Shown piece by piece: positions 38,922-48,946 of a stretch of 64,000 nucleotides of DNA. The stretch is from positions 1-64,000 of the forward strand of contig JAZURI010000007.1 in NCBI GenBank assembly GCA_045606105.1, written 5' to 3'. Source of the DNA: Spirochaetia bacterium. GTDB taxonomy: Bacteria > Spirochaetota > Spirochaetia > CADAEX01. Positions within the stretch are counted from its first letter, which is position 1. Each line of letters begins with the position of its first letter. The notes under the pieces are model-generated. The model ran no database searches. It was not told the DNA's origin and saw only the letters and a list, made by a program, of their open reading frames with translations. The position numbers were made by a program, and so were the translations under genes.

Positions 38922-40533
38922 TGTAGAGAGAATCCCTGAGTGCCTGAACATCCTCGGAAAGAAGATATTCGTCAAAGCCCATTCTCTTATCGATAATCTT
39001 GTTGTCAGGACAGAACTCGATGATTCTGTTGGCAACAGTTTCTGCAAACTGATGGTCGTGTGTATTCATGAGAATAACACCGGTAAAATCGGTAAGACCT
39101 GAGTTGAGAGACTGGATGGATTCCAGGTCCAGGTGGTTTGTCGGCTCATCGAAGATCAGGGTATTTGCACCGCTGAGCATCATCTTTGCCAGCATGCAGC
39201 GTACCTTTTCACCACCGGAAAGGACATTTACCTTTTTCAGGGCCTCTTCTCCTGAGAAAAGCATTCTTCCCAGGAAACCTCTGATATAGCTCTCATCCTC
39301 TACAGCTGTATACTGCCTCAGCCATTCAACAAGATTTACCTTGTCTGTGAAATACTCGCTGTTATCCTTAGGATAGTATGCCGGAGTAATTGTTACACCC
39401 CAGTTATATGTACCTTCATCCGGATCCAGTTCTCCCGCAATGATCTGGAAAAGGGTAGTCTTGGCCAGGTGGTCAGGTCCTACGAAGGCAATCTTGTCTC
39501 CGTGCTGTACCTGCAGATTAAAATCTTTGAGAACCTGGATACCGTCCACATTCTTGGAAATTCCTTTGATATCCAGGATGTTTCTTCCGCATTCTCTTTC
39601 AGGCTTGAAGGCAACATAAGGGAATTTTCTTGAGGTTGAAGGCATTTCTTCCAGGGAGAGCTTGTCAATGATCTTCTTTCTGGAGGTTGCCTGCTTTGAT
39701 TTTGCGGCATTGGATGCAAATCTCTGGATAAACTCCTTAAGCTCTGCAATCTTGTCCTCTCTCTTTTTCTTTTCATCCTTTCTCTGCTTTGCAGCAAGCT
39801 GGCTGGCCATATACCAGAAGTCGTAGTTACCGGCATAAAGCTTGATCTGACCGAAGTCAATATCTGCCACATGGGTACATACCGTGTTAAGAAAGTGTCT
39901 GTCGTGGGAAACTACGATAACTGTGTTGCTGTAGTGTGAAAGGAAATCCTCCAGCCAGTTGATAGACTCCAGATCCAGGTGGTTGGTAGGCTCATCAAGG
40001 AGAAGAATATCAGGATTTCCGAAAAGGGCCTGTGCCAGAAGTACGCGGACCTTGTCACCACCCTCAAGCTCCTTCATCTTTTTTTCGTGCATCTCCTCAG
40101 GAATACCCAGGCCGGCAAGAAGGGTAGCTGCTTCAGGCTCTGCTTCCCATCCGTTCATGTCTGCAAAATCGCTTTCCAGGGCAGAGGCTCTGATTCCGTC
40201 CTCTTCCGTAAAGTTTTCCTTTGCATAGAGTGCATCCTTTTCTATCATAACATCATAAAGCTTCTTATGCCCCATGATGACTGTATGCATTACTGTATAT
40301 TCATCAAATTCAAAGTGGTTCTGCTTGAGAACCGACATTCTTTCTCCAGGAGTAATGGTTACCACGCCGTCGCTTGCTTCGATTTCTCCCGAAAGGATCT
40401 TGAGAAATGTTGATTTACCGCTTCCGTTGGCACCGATAAGGCCGTAACAGTTGCCCGGAGTAAATTTAAGATTCACATCCTTGAACAGGATGCGTTCTCC
40501 ATATTTAAGAGTTATACTGCTTGTACTGATCAT
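38896..40533 (-). CDS. ABC-F family ribosome-associated ATPase (YbiT/YkpA-like)
   Basis: GANGSGKST, two DEPTNHLD, LSGGEK, no TM segments. Confidence 0.93.
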   Translation of the reverse strand: MISTSSITLKYGERILFKDVNLKFTPGNCYGLIGANGSGKSTFLKILSGEIEASDGVVTITPGERMSVLKQNHFEFDEYTVMHTVIMGHKKLYDVMIEKDALYAKENFTEEDGIRASALESDFADMNGWEAEPEAATLLAGLGIPEEMHEKKMKELEGGDKVRVLLAQALFGNPDILLLDEPTNHLDLESINWLEDFLSHYSNTVIVVSHDRHFLNTVCTHVADIDFGQIKLYAGNYDFWYMASQLAAKQRKDEKKKREDKIAELKEFIQRFASNAAKSKQATSRKKIIDKLSLEEMPSTSRKFPYVAFKPERECGRNILDIKGISKNVDGIQVLKDFNLQVQHGDKIAFVGPDHLAKTTLFQIIAGELDPDEGTYNWGVTITPAYYPKDNSEYFTDKVNLVEWLRQYTAVEDESYIRGFLGRMLFSGEEALKKVNVLSGGEKVRCMLAKMMLSGANTLIFDEPTNHLDLESIQSLNSGLTDFTGVILMNTHDHQFAETVANRIIEFCPDNKIIDKRMGFDEYLLSEDVQALRDSLYNGHQRLSI

Positions 40534-40576
40534 ATATATAGTTATAGTTTTTTAAGGAAAAAATTACAATAGTAAG

Positions 40577-40607
40577 AAAAAAAAAGCTCCTCTTCCGAGG
40601 AGCTTTT
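40577..40607 (-). terminator. Intrinsic terminator after the porin gene
   Basis: AAAAGCTCCTC-4-GAGGAGCTTTT with a T-run on the minus strand. Confidence 0.85.
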
Positions 40608-40631
40608 ATTAATCTTTAACTAATGGTTAGA

Positions 40632-41765
40632 TTAGAAATCGATTTTTGTTACGAAGTAAAGTCCGCCTTCAGCTGCTGTAACTGTGTCTGTGTTAAGAGT
40701 CTTGAAGAAATGTCCCTTTTCAGCATCTTCGTTGAAGTAGATGTAACCGAGCTTGTAGCATACACCCTTTTCAGGTTTTGCAACGATACCAACTTCGAAT
40801 GTCTGGAATGCTTCGTCTCCACATGTGTTCTCTTTGTAGTCACCGAATGCGAACTGTGCACCAGCGTTAACTCCGAGCCAATCGAGGAAGAAGTATTCAG
40901 CATCGATACCCATTGCTGAGAATGGTGAGTACTTGTCTTCTCCCCAGTAATCTTCACCGAAAGCACCTGCAGCAGAAACGCCGATCTTAGCTCCGAAAGC
41001 TTCGAATGCTACACCAGCTCCCCACCACTGTCCTCTGTCTTCACCGTTGTCTTTAGAGATAACGTGTCCACCGATTGTGAAGAGGTAGTCTGCGATTGCG
41101 AGTTCGTACATTGCTTCAACACCGAACATGTTTGCATCTTCGGCAGCTTCCTTGAAGAAGTAACCTTCTACCCAGAGAGGAAGTTCCATTGCAGCAAAGT
41201 CAAGTCCAACACCGAGGAGGTACTGTGCATCGTTGTCGTATGCTGTACCAGCGTCTGTTGTGTCAAAGTTGAGTGCAGCGTATGGCTGTACAAGACCGTC
41301 AGCGAATGAAAGGTTCAGTTTTGCACCGAAGTCCTTATCTGTTGCTGGGTTATCGATGTCGTCGGAATATTCATATGCGAATCCTGTGAAAGATACGTTG
41401 TCGAATGTTTCCCATGAGTTGAGACCGATGTCTGTTGAGATTCCGATTCCTTCAAGACCGAAGAATTTTCCCCAGTCAGAGATTACTCTGAAGTAATTGA
41501 AAGAAGGTGTTCCTTCTCCCTTAGTTCCTGTTGATTTGTTCCATGAACCGTCTTCTTCAATTTCGATAGCCATCTTTGTGTAGTCACCGATAGCTCCCTT
41601 GATGTCTACTTCACCCTTGTCCCATTTGTCAGCAAATTCTGCTGAATCACTGTCATCGAAACCATTAACCATGTAATAGTCGAATTCGCCGCTGATTGTG
41701 AGTTCTGAGAAAACAGGCATAGCAGCAAAAACCAAAACCATAGCCAAAACTAAAAGTTTTTTCAT
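40632..41765 (-). CDS. Major outer-membrane beta-barrel protein / porin
   Basis: Signal peptide, alternating hydrophobic beta-strands, C-terminal YFVTKIDF, strong codon bias, GGAG SD. Confidence 0.75.
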   Translation of the reverse strand: MKKLLVLAMVLVFAAMPVFSELTISGEFDYYMVNGFDDSDSAEFADKWDKGEVDIKGAIGDYTKMAIEIEEDGSWNKSTGTKGEGTPSFNYFRVISDWGKFFGLEGIGISTDIGLNSWETFDNVSFTGFAYEYSDDIDNPATDKDFGAKLNLSFADGLVQPYAALNFDTTDAGTAYDNDAQYLLGVGLDFAAMELPLWVEGYFFKEAAEDANMFGVEAMYELAIADYLFTIGGHVISKDNGEDRGQWWGAGVAFEAFGAKIGVSAAGAFGEDYWGEDKYSPFSAMGIDAEYFFLDWLGVNAGAQFAFGDYKENTCGDEAFQTFEVGIVAKPEKGVCYKLGYIYFNEDAEKGHFFKTLNTDTVTAAEGGLYFVTKIDF

Positions 41766-41823
41766 TTTTTGTTCTCCTTTGTTTTTTTAGGGCCCCGATC
41801 AACAACCGAGGTACTCCCCTAAA

Positions 41824-41870
41824 ATAATATAATTCTATTATATTATAGCAATCTTAAAATCTGCTGTCAA
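41824..41870 (-). promoter_or_regulatory. Consensus sigma70 promoter overlapped by an inverted repeat
   Basis: TTGACA-17bp-TATAAT; ATAATATAAT-TCT-ATTATATTAT at 41824-41846. Confidence 0.75.
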
Positions 41871-41900
41871 CAAAAATTTTTTAAATTTTAACATACAGGT

Positions 41901-43094
41901 TTATCTCAGACCGTAGTTGTCAATTACGAAATCCAGGTCCTTGTCTCCCCGGCCCGAAAGATTTACCAGAATTGACTTTCTCGGATTTTCCTTTGCATAC
42001 TTCATTCCGTAGGCCACTGCATGGGCGCTTTCCAGTGCAGGGATGATTCCCTCTGCCTTAGGCAATGTATAGAAGGCATCCAGACATTCCTCGTCATTTA
42101 CGGTTGTGTATCTTACTCTTCCCAGGTCCTTCAGCAGGCAGTGCTCAGGTCCGCTTCCCGGATAGTCGAGACCGCTGGCAATGGAATATACCGGAAGTGG
42201 TTCTCCGTTCTTGTCCTGGAGCATGTAGGATCTGAAGCCGTGGAGGATTCCCGGTGTTCCGTAGGAAAGGCTGGCTGCGTGGTCTCCGATCTGAAGTGAA
42301 CGACCTGCCGGCTCAACACCGATAAGCTCTGTTTCTTCGTCATCCAGGAAGCCTGTGAACATACCGATGGCATTGGATCCGCCGCCCACACATGCTGTTA
42401 CCGCATCAGGAAGCTCTCCTGTCATTTCAAAGAACTGCTCTCTTGACTCTATTCCGATAACTCTCTGGAAATCCCTTACAAGCAGAGGGAACGGATGCGG
42501 TCCCAGAACGCTTCCGATACAATAGAGGGTATTTACCGGATCTTTCAGGTATGCCTCAAAAGCTGCATCAACTGCCTCCTTCAGGGTCTTGAGTCCGTGG
42601 GTTACAGGTATTACGTTTGCTCCCAGGAGCTTCATTCTCATTACGTTAGGGTGCTGCTTTGCAATATCCACCTCTCCCATGTAGATGTCACATTCCAGGC
42701 CGAAATATGCTGCTGCGGTAGCTAGTGCCACTCCGTGCTGTCCGGCCCCTGTCTCTGCTATGATCTTTTTCTTCCCCATGTATTTGGCCAGGAGTCCCTC
42801 TCCCATGCAGTGATTCAGCTTATGGGCACCTGTATGGTTCAGGTCCTCTCTCTTGAGGTAGATTCTTCCGCCGCACATTTCCGAAAGCTTCTTGCAGAAA
42901 TAGACCGGTGTAGGTCTTCCCTGGAAGTGCTTTCTTATGCTTCTGAGCTCTGAAATGAACTCGTGGGATTTGCTGATTGAGTAATATGCATCATTTATCT
43001 TATTCATTTCGTTCTGAAGTTCGTCTGAAATGAAGGAACCGCCGTATTCTCCGAAAAAGCCTTTTGCATCCGGATATGTCTTGAAGTATTTCAT
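41901..43094 (-). CDS. trpB: Tryptophan synthase beta subunit (stand-alone)
   Basis: [53 protein letters not shown]; start at ATG 43094. Confidence 0.96.
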   Translation of the reverse strand: MKYFKTYPDAKGFFGEYGGSFISDELQNEMNKINDAYYSISKSHEFISELRSIRKHFQGRPTPVYFCKKLSEMCGGRIYLKREDLNHTGAHKLNHCMGEGLLAKYMGKKKIIAETGAGQHGVALATAAAYFGLECDIYMGEVDIAKQHPNVMRMKLLGANVIPVTHGLKTLKEAVDAAFEAYLKDPVNTLYCIGSVLGPHPFPLLVRDFQRVIGIESREQFFEMTGELPDAVTACVGGGSNAIGMFTGFLDDEETELIGVEPAGRSLQIGDHAASLSYGTPGILHGFRSYMLQDKNGEPLPVYSIASGLDYPGSGPEHCLLKDLGRVRYTTVNDEECLDAFYTLPKAEGIIPALESAHAVAYGMKYAKENPRKSILVNLSGRGDKDLDFVIDNYGLR

Positions 43095-43242
43095 CTGTGT
43101 TTCTCCTTGTAGAAACACTTTATACTTCCCGCGGTGTTTCTGTCAATAGAAACATCAAAAAATTTTTATTTATTTTGAATTTCTCATTTTGAAGCGTAAA
43201 TCGGCTCTGCCCGTTAATAGTGTTTGAACGCGGAGGTAAGAT

Positions 43243-44079
43243 ATGGAAGATTATTCACTTTCTCAGCTTGTTGCCGCATACAGGAATAAAGAACTTTCGT
43301 ACGAGGAAATAGAAGAGCGACTTTCAATTTTTGTTTATGAGTATCCGAAAAGAATCCATAGGTGGAATCCGGATCTGTGCAGTGAGTTTTTCGAGTTTTT
43401 TTACCCCAGGATAAAGCTGGCTGCCGACAGGTTCACCGACAGGGGAATCCCCTTTGAGAATTATCTGGGCAGTATTGTCTTTTATCAGATGAAGACCTTC
43501 ATGCTCAGGAAACGGGAGGCAGAGGAAAAGGAAAACATGCTTGCCGTTGCCGATTATCACAACAACAGCGATTTCTACGAGAGCCGGGAGGGGGAGCCGT
43601 TGATTTTCCATGCCGGGGAGATCAATGCCCCGTACCGGGGAACCAGAAGGAGGAAGAAAGGAAAGAAACGGATTTTCTATATGGCCATGACCGATCCCGA
43701 CCGGCTGGATGAGGAAAATATCGAGAAGCTGGCCGACTTTACCGGGTACAGGGCGGAATATATCCGTAAGTGCCGTGATGCCCTGAGCCGGCGGGTATCG
43801 GAAAAGAGAGAAAAGGCTGCCGCTATGGCAGAGAGGAGAAACAGCTGTTATTTCAGGTATCTGATGCTTGAGGACCGGCTCAGGAAGGAAAGCGATCCCG
43901 AGGTAAGGGGCAGGCTGGAGCGGAAAGCCGGGGAGCTGCATTATAAGATAGAAAGAATCAACAGAAAAATGGCCGGAAAGCATATTAAGGTGACCCATAA
44001 GGATATAGCAGAGGTACTTGAGATTCCAAAGGGAACGGTGGATTCCAGCCTTTATTATCTGAAAAGAACCCTTGAATGA
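43243..44079 (+). CDS. Hypothetical protein with sigma-70 region-2/region-4-like segments
   Basis: PFENYL..IV near the N-terminus; C-terminal HTH THKDIAEVLEIPKGTVDSSL; GGAGG SD. Confidence 0.55.
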   Translation: MEDYSLSQLVAAYRNKELSYEEIEERLSIFVYEYPKRIHRWNPDLCSEFFEFFYPRIKLAADRFTDRGIPFENYLGSIVFYQMKTFMLRKREAEEKENMLAVADYHNNSDFYESREGEPLIFHAGEINAPYRGTRRRKKGKKRIFYMAMTDPDRLDEENIEKLADFTGYRAEYIRKCRDALSRRVSEKREKAAAMAERRNSCYFRYLMLEDRLRKESDPEVRGRLERKAGELHYKIERINRKMAGKHIKVTHKDIAEVLEIPKGTVDSSLYYLKRTLE

Positions 44080-44099
44080 CCGCTGTTTTATTACTATTA

Positions 44100-44129
44100 T
44101 TTACATGTAAACCAAATTGTAAACCAAAT
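44100..44129. repeat. 12-bp tandem direct repeat overlapping a 12-bp palindrome
   Basis: TGTAAACCAAAT x2 (44106-44129); TTTACATGTAAA (44100-44111). Confidence 0.6.
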
Positions 44130-44143
44130 AACGGAGATTTTAT

Positions 44144-44743
44144 ATGGATATAATAGTAGCAACAGGAAACAGAAACAAGATCAGGGAATTTTCCCAGCTC
44201 ATGCCGGAGCACAATTTTCTGACACCGGCCGATCTCGGAATGGATTTTGATTTTGAAGAAAACGGAAGCACATATTTTGAAAATGCACTGGGAAAGGCCA
44301 TGTATATACATAAGAAGCTGGGAAAGCCGGTTATCGGTGAGGATTCAGGACTTTCCGTACCGGCCCTGGGTGGAGAACCGGGAATCTATTCTGCCCGTTA
44401 CGGTTCCGTGGATGGAGTGAAGCTGGGTGACAGCGAGAGAAATGCCTACCTTCTTGACAAGATGAAAAACATTGAGGACAGGAGAGCCTTCTTTGTATGC
44501 TCCATGGTTCTGGTTCTGGGAGAGTATAAATTCTATGCAATCCAGGAGACCATGGACGGCGAGGTGACACTGGCTCCTGCGGGAGAGGGGGGCTTCGGTT
44601 ACGACCCTGTATTTTTCCACAAGGGTATGGGAAAGACTGCCGGCGAGATGACACCGGATGAAAAAAATTCCATATCCCACAGAGGAAAGGCCTGTGCAAG
44701 GATGAAGCTTCTTATCGGTGCTCTTGCAGAGGAGATGAGATGA
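44144..44743 (+). CDS. rdgB: Non-canonical purine NTP pyrophosphatase
   Basis: ATGNRNK, EDSGL, PGIYSARY, GFGYDP, SHRGKA. Confidence 0.95.
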   Translation: MDIIVATGNRNKIREFSQLMPEHNFLTPADLGMDFDFEENGSTYFENALGKAMYIHKKLGKPVIGEDSGLSVPALGGEPGIYSARYGSVDGVKLGDSERNAYLLDKMKNIEDRRAFFVCSMVLVLGEYKFYAIQETMDGEVTLAPAGEGGFGYDPVFFHKGMGKTAGEMTPDEKNSISHRGKACARMKLLIGALAEEMR

Positions 44744-46548
44744 TGGCTGCAGAAAGGATACCTCTCAGAAGCGAGATCCGTGCAGAAGACAAATGGGATC
44801 TTTCCTCCCTTTTCGTATCTGAGGAGGAATGGACAGCAGGACTTGAAAAGCTTAAGGGGATGATTCCTGTGCTGGGCTCCTTCAGGGGAACCCTGGGTAA
44901 ATCGGCCGCCGCTCTCGCAGAATGTCTCGATTTCGTTTCCGGATATGAGCTTCTTGCAGAAAGACTGGGCAGCTATGCCATGCTCATGTTTTCCGGAGAC
45001 GGCGGAGATCCTGAAAACCAGAAGCGGTACGGACTCTATATTTCCGCGGCGGTGGAGGGAGAAGCCTGTCTGAGTTATCTTGTACCTGAAATACAGGCTA
45101 TACCTGACGATAAAATAGAAGAATTCATGAAGGATGATTCCCTTTCGGAATACAGGATCTATCTTTCCAGGCTTCTCAGGATGAAGCCCCATGTCCTTTC
45201 CGAGAAGGAGGAAAAGCTTATGGCTCTCGGTTCCGAGGCAAACATGGCCTCATCCAAGGCTTTTTCCGCCCTTACCGATATTGACATGGAATTCGGTACC
45301 GTTGAGGAAAACGGTACGGAAAAGGTTCTCAGCCAGTCCACCTTCACCTCTTTTCTCCTGAGCAGGGACCGCAGTATAAGGGAAAAAGCCTACAGACAGT
45401 TCTATGAGGGCTTTGATAAACATAAGAATACTATTGCCGCCCTTTATGCAGGCAATGTTCATCTTGATATTTTCAGGGCTAAGGCCAGAAATTATCCTTC
45501 ATCCTTGGAGGCGGCCCTGTTTCCGGACAATGTTCCCGTAAGTGTGTACGAAAATCTGATTGCTGCTGTTCATGACCGTTTTCCGGTTCTTCACCGCTAT
45601 TATGAGCTTAAAAGGAAGGCCCTGGGAGTGGAAAGGCTTGCCCATTATGATGTTTACATGCCTTTTACCGATGCGGTGGAGGTAAGACATACCTATGATC
45701 AGGCTGTGGATACCGCAGTTGCCGCCCTGGCTCCTCTGGGAACCGAGTACTGCTCTGTCCTTAGACAGGGGCTGAAAGGGGGATGGGTAGACAAGTACGA
45801 AAACAAGGGAAAAAGATCCGGAGCTTTTTCTGCCGGTGTCTATACGGGAAATCCGTATATCCTTCTCAATTATAAAGAGGACAGGCTCAGGGATCTGTTT
45901 ACACTGGTTCATGAGGGAGGCCATTCAATGCACTCCTGGTACAGCGTGAAATCCAACAGCTTCAGAAACTACGATTATACCATCTTTGAAGCCGAAACCG
46001 CCTCTACCTTCAATGAACAGCTGCTGGCCCGCTACCTTACCGACATGAACAGCGACAATCCGGACATGCTCCTTTACCTTGCAGGAAAGCAGGCTGATGA
46101 TTTCGTGGCTACCGTTTTCAGACAGACCATGTTTGCCGAATTCGAAAAGAATATACATGAGGCGGGAGAGAAGGGAATTCCCCTTACCCTGGAGCTTTTC
46201 AGAAGCGAATACAGGAAGCTGCTTGAGGCCTATTTCGGTCCGGATGTGCTCCTTGAGGATGTAAGCGATCTGGAGGGGCTCAGGATTCCTCATTTCTACA
46301 GGGCTTTCTATGTCTACAAGTATGCCACCGGTCTTTCTGCCGCAGTGGCCCTTTCCGGCAAAGTTCTTGACGGAGAAGAGGGTGCTGTAGAACGTTACCT
46401 CGGTTTCCTCTGTTCGGGCGGGACAAAATTTCCTCTCGATTCACTGAAGACTGCCGGTGTGGACATGAATTCTGCCGATCCCGTGAACCGTGCCATCGAT
46501 TATTTTGAGAAACAATTGGATCTGATAGAAAAATTAATGAAAAAATAA
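44740..46548 (+). CDS. pepF: Oligoendopeptidase F (M3B)
   Basis: WDLS, GKRSGAFS, TLVHEGGHSMHS, AETAS, IPHFY..FYVYKYATG. Confidence 0.94.
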   Translation: MMAAERIPLRSEIRAEDKWDLSSLFVSEEEWTAGLEKLKGMIPVLGSFRGTLGKSAAALAECLDFVSGYELLAERLGSYAMLMFSGDGGDPENQKRYGLYISAAVEGEACLSYLVPEIQAIPDDKIEEFMKDDSLSEYRIYLSRLLRMKPHVLSEKEEKLMALGSEANMASSKAFSALTDIDMEFGTVEENGTEKVLSQSTFTSFLLSRDRSIREKAYRQFYEGFDKHKNTIAALYAGNVHLDIFRAKARNYPSSLEAALFPDNVPVSVYENLIAAVHDRFPVLHRYYELKRKALGVERLAHYDVYMPFTDAVEVRHTYDQAVDTAVAALAPLGTEYCSVLRQGLKGGWVDKYENKGKRSGAFSAGVYTGNPYILLNYKEDRLRDLFTLVHEGGHSMHSWYSVKSNSFRNYDYTIFEAETASTFNEQLLARYLTDMNSDNPDMLLYLAGKQADDFVATVFRQTMFAEFEKNIHEAGEKGIPLTLELFRSEYRKLLEAYFGPDVLLEDVSDLEGLRIPHFYRAFYVYKYATGLSAAVALSGKVLDGEEGAVERYLGFLCSGGTKFPLDSLKTAGVDMNSADPVNRAIDYFEKQLDLIEKLMKK

Positions 46549-46600
46549 CATTACGGTTATTGACAAACTTCAAGCTTATTTTTATAGTGTTTCTATCAAT

Positions 46601-46684
46601 GCGGCGATGGTGAAATTGGTAGACACGTTAGCTTGAGGGGCTAATGGGAGTATTCCCATGGAGGTTCAAGTCCTCTTCGCCGCA
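46601..46684 (+). tRNA. tRNA-Leu(GAG)
   Basis: GCGGCGA..TTAGC-TT-GAG-GG-GCTAA, long variable arm, GGTTCAAGTCC..TCGCCGC-A. Confidence 0.95.
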
Positions 46685-46716
46685 AAAGGTTCTGTTTAAC
46701 AGAACCTTTTTTTTTG
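46685..46716 (+). terminator. Intrinsic terminator after tRNA-Leu
   Basis: AAAGGTTCTGT-TTA-ACAGAACCTTT followed by a T-run. Confidence 0.8.
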
Positions 46717-46730
46717 CTTAGGCGGTAAAC

Positions 46731-48074
46731 ATGAAAAGTGCAGATCTGATTCTTAAGAATGCGGCAGTGGTTACAATGAACTCCTCCATGGAGCTTTTCC
46801 TGAAGGGGGCTGTTGCCGTTACCGGAAATAAAATTATTGCAGTGGGGCCGGAAGAGGTTATCTGTGGGGAATATGCTGCAACCGAAACCCTGGACTGCGG
46901 CGGAAAGGTTCTCATGCCGGGTCTGGTAAACACCCATACCCATCTTCCCATGAATCTTCTCAGGGGGATTTCCGATGACAGGGCCCTGGATGAATGGCTG
47001 GGCAAGTACATAATGCCTGCCGAAAGGATTTTCGTGAACAGGGAATTCTGCCGTATCGGAACAGAAATGGCCTGTGCCGAGCTTATCCAGGGGGGAGTCA
47101 CCTCCTTTGCCGACATGTATTATTTCGAAGATACCGTTCTTGAGGCTGCAGCTTCTGCCGGTCTCAGGGGAATCGGTGCTGCCTCTGTCCTCATGTTTCC
47201 TACACCCGATGCCTCCGGTGCGGAGGAGGGGCTCCGTATTGCCCGGGAGCTGATAGAGAAGTTCAGGGAGCATCCTCTGGTTGTTCCTGCAGTGGGTCCT
47301 CATGCTCCGTATACCACAACTCCGGAGATACTTAAAAAATGTGCCGGTCTTGCACGGGAGTACGATGTGCCGGTTCTCATGCACCTGGCCGAAACCAAGG
47401 GTGAAAGAGAAAACGTGATCAGGGAATACGGCAAGGGGGTTATTTCCTATGTCTGTGACTGCGGTCTTCTTGCTGCAAAGCTTGTGGGAGCTCATCTGAT
47501 TCATGTGGATGAGGATGAAATAAAGCTTCTGGCTTCAAAGGGGTGCGGTGCCGCGTTTAATCCCGGCTCGAACCTTAAGCTGGTTTCCGGCTTTCCGAAA
47601 ATAACTGAATTTGCCGACAGAGGTGTCAGATGCGGTCTGGGTACCGACGGTGCCGCTTCCAACAATGATCTCGACATGTTTGAGGAAATGAGACTTGCCT
47701 CCTTTGTAGGGAAGCTCATGACCGGAAGTCCTGTTTCCCTTCCGGCGGTACAGGTTCTCCGTATGGCCACCATCGGAGGTGCCGAGGCTCTTTATATGGA
47801 CGGTATCACAGGCTCGCTGGAGCCGGGCAAGAGGGCGGATCTTATCCTGGTGGACATTTCAACTCCTCACAATGCCCCTTCCTTTGTCCATAATGACGAG
47901 AATATCTATTCAAGGCTGGTATATGCAACCAAGGCAAGCGATGTTACCCATGTCATGACAGAGGGAAAATGGCTTATGAAGGACCGTGTGCTGCTTACCC
48001 TGGATACAGACCGGATTCTGGCCGAGGCAGAAGGATGTGCCGGGGCCATCAGCCGGTATTTCCTGGAAAACTAG
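46731..48074 (+). CDS. Amidohydrolase, MTA/SAH deaminase (MtaD) family
   Basis: PGLVNTHTH, GPHAPYT, HLAET, AH, LGTDGAASNNDLDMFEEMR. Confidence 0.88.
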   Translation: MKSADLILKNAAVVTMNSSMELFLKGAVAVTGNKIIAVGPEEVICGEYAATETLDCGGKVLMPGLVNTHTHLPMNLLRGISDDRALDEWLGKYIMPAERIFVNREFCRIGTEMACAELIQGGVTSFADMYYFEDTVLEAAASAGLRGIGAASVLMFPTPDASGAEEGLRIARELIEKFREHPLVVPAVGPHAPYTTTPEILKKCAGLAREYDVPVLMHLAETKGERENVIREYGKGVISYVCDCGLLAAKLVGAHLIHVDEDEIKLLASKGCGAAFNPGSNLKLVSGFPKITEFADRGVRCGLGTDGAASNNDLDMFEEMRLASFVGKLMTGSPVSLPAVQVLRMATIGGAEALYMDGITGSLEPGKRADLILVDISTPHNAPSFVHNDENIYSRLVYATKASDVTHVMTEGKWLMKDRVLLTLDTDRILAEAEGCAGAISRYFLEN

Positions 48075-48892
48075 AAGTTAAGATCCACCCCTTCAGGGAG
48101 AAGCTTCTCATCCTTTGTCTTCAGGTACTCTATAAGGATAGGGTATTCCGTAAGGAGTGCCCCGTATTTTTTAAGGGTTTCTATTCTCTTTTCTATCTCT
48201 GAAGTATAGACTGCGCTGTCCTTTTCCTGTGTCAGCACCAGCTCCTTCTTTGTTTCAAGCATTTCCAGGTACTGCTTTTTGCCCTCTGCATAAAGCTCTG
48301 TATCGGGAAAGCTCAGCGAAACAGCTTCAATGCCGATAATTTCTGCCTCTTCAAGGGAAGAAAGCCTTTCCATGATTTTTCCTGCAAGTGCCTCTCCCGA
48401 TGCTGCCGGCCGTTTTTCCCTCAGGGCATTGCCGGTCTCCTCTGCCAGGACTGATGAACAGATACCGGTTATCTTCTCTTCGGCATCCTTCAGTATATCC
48501 TCTGTCCCCTTGTCACCCATGAGTCCTGCCACAGCCAGGTTGTAGAGGCATTCTTCCTTTATTTTATAGGTAACCCTGAACTCGCAGCTGTAGGAAAAGT
48601 CGGGATTTCCCTCAAGCACGGTACTGTAGACACTTCCGGAAGGGTATTCTCCCGAAACCGAAATGCGGGAATCGGCTGTTTCGGTGCTGAAAATCCTTAT
48701 TGTATGGTTATTGGGAATAAGCTTCTGCCATTTCCAGTTGATCTGTCCCGGCTTCATGAGGGAGCTGTCATAGCCGGCGATGTCGGAGTAGATGAGTCCG
48801 ACGCTGTTCTCCGGAATCCTGACCCAGCCGAAGTAGAACACCGTACCGGAGAGAATAAGTAAAAGAATCAAAAAAACGATAAATTTCTTCAT
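48071..48892 (-). CDS. Membrane-anchored SPFH/band-7-like hypothetical protein
   Basis: N-terminal TM, GW..IP...GL, PG.INW.WQ.LIP, C-terminal coiled coil. Confidence 0.55.
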   Translation of the reverse strand: MKKFIVFLILLLILSGTVFYFGWVRIPENSVGLIYSDIAGYDSSLMKPGQINWKWQKLIPNNHTIRIFSTETADSRISVSGEYPSGSVYSTVLEGNPDFSYSCEFRVTYKIKEECLYNLAVAGLMGDKGTEDILKDAEEKITGICSSVLAEETGNALREKRPAASGEALAGKIMERLSSLEEAEIIGIEAVSLSFPDTELYAEGKKQYLEMLETKKELVLTQEKDSAVYTSEIEKRIETLKKYGALLTEYPILIEYLKTKDEKLLPEGVDLNF

Positions 48893-48946
48893 TGACACCA
48901 CCTTTTCTACAATTATATATAAAATTCGCAGGTTGGCAACCGAAAT

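Noticed and set aside
38922-39047. Long N-terminal extension of the RlmD-like ORF
   Set aside because: It overlaps the ABC-F gene; homology begins after ATG 38921
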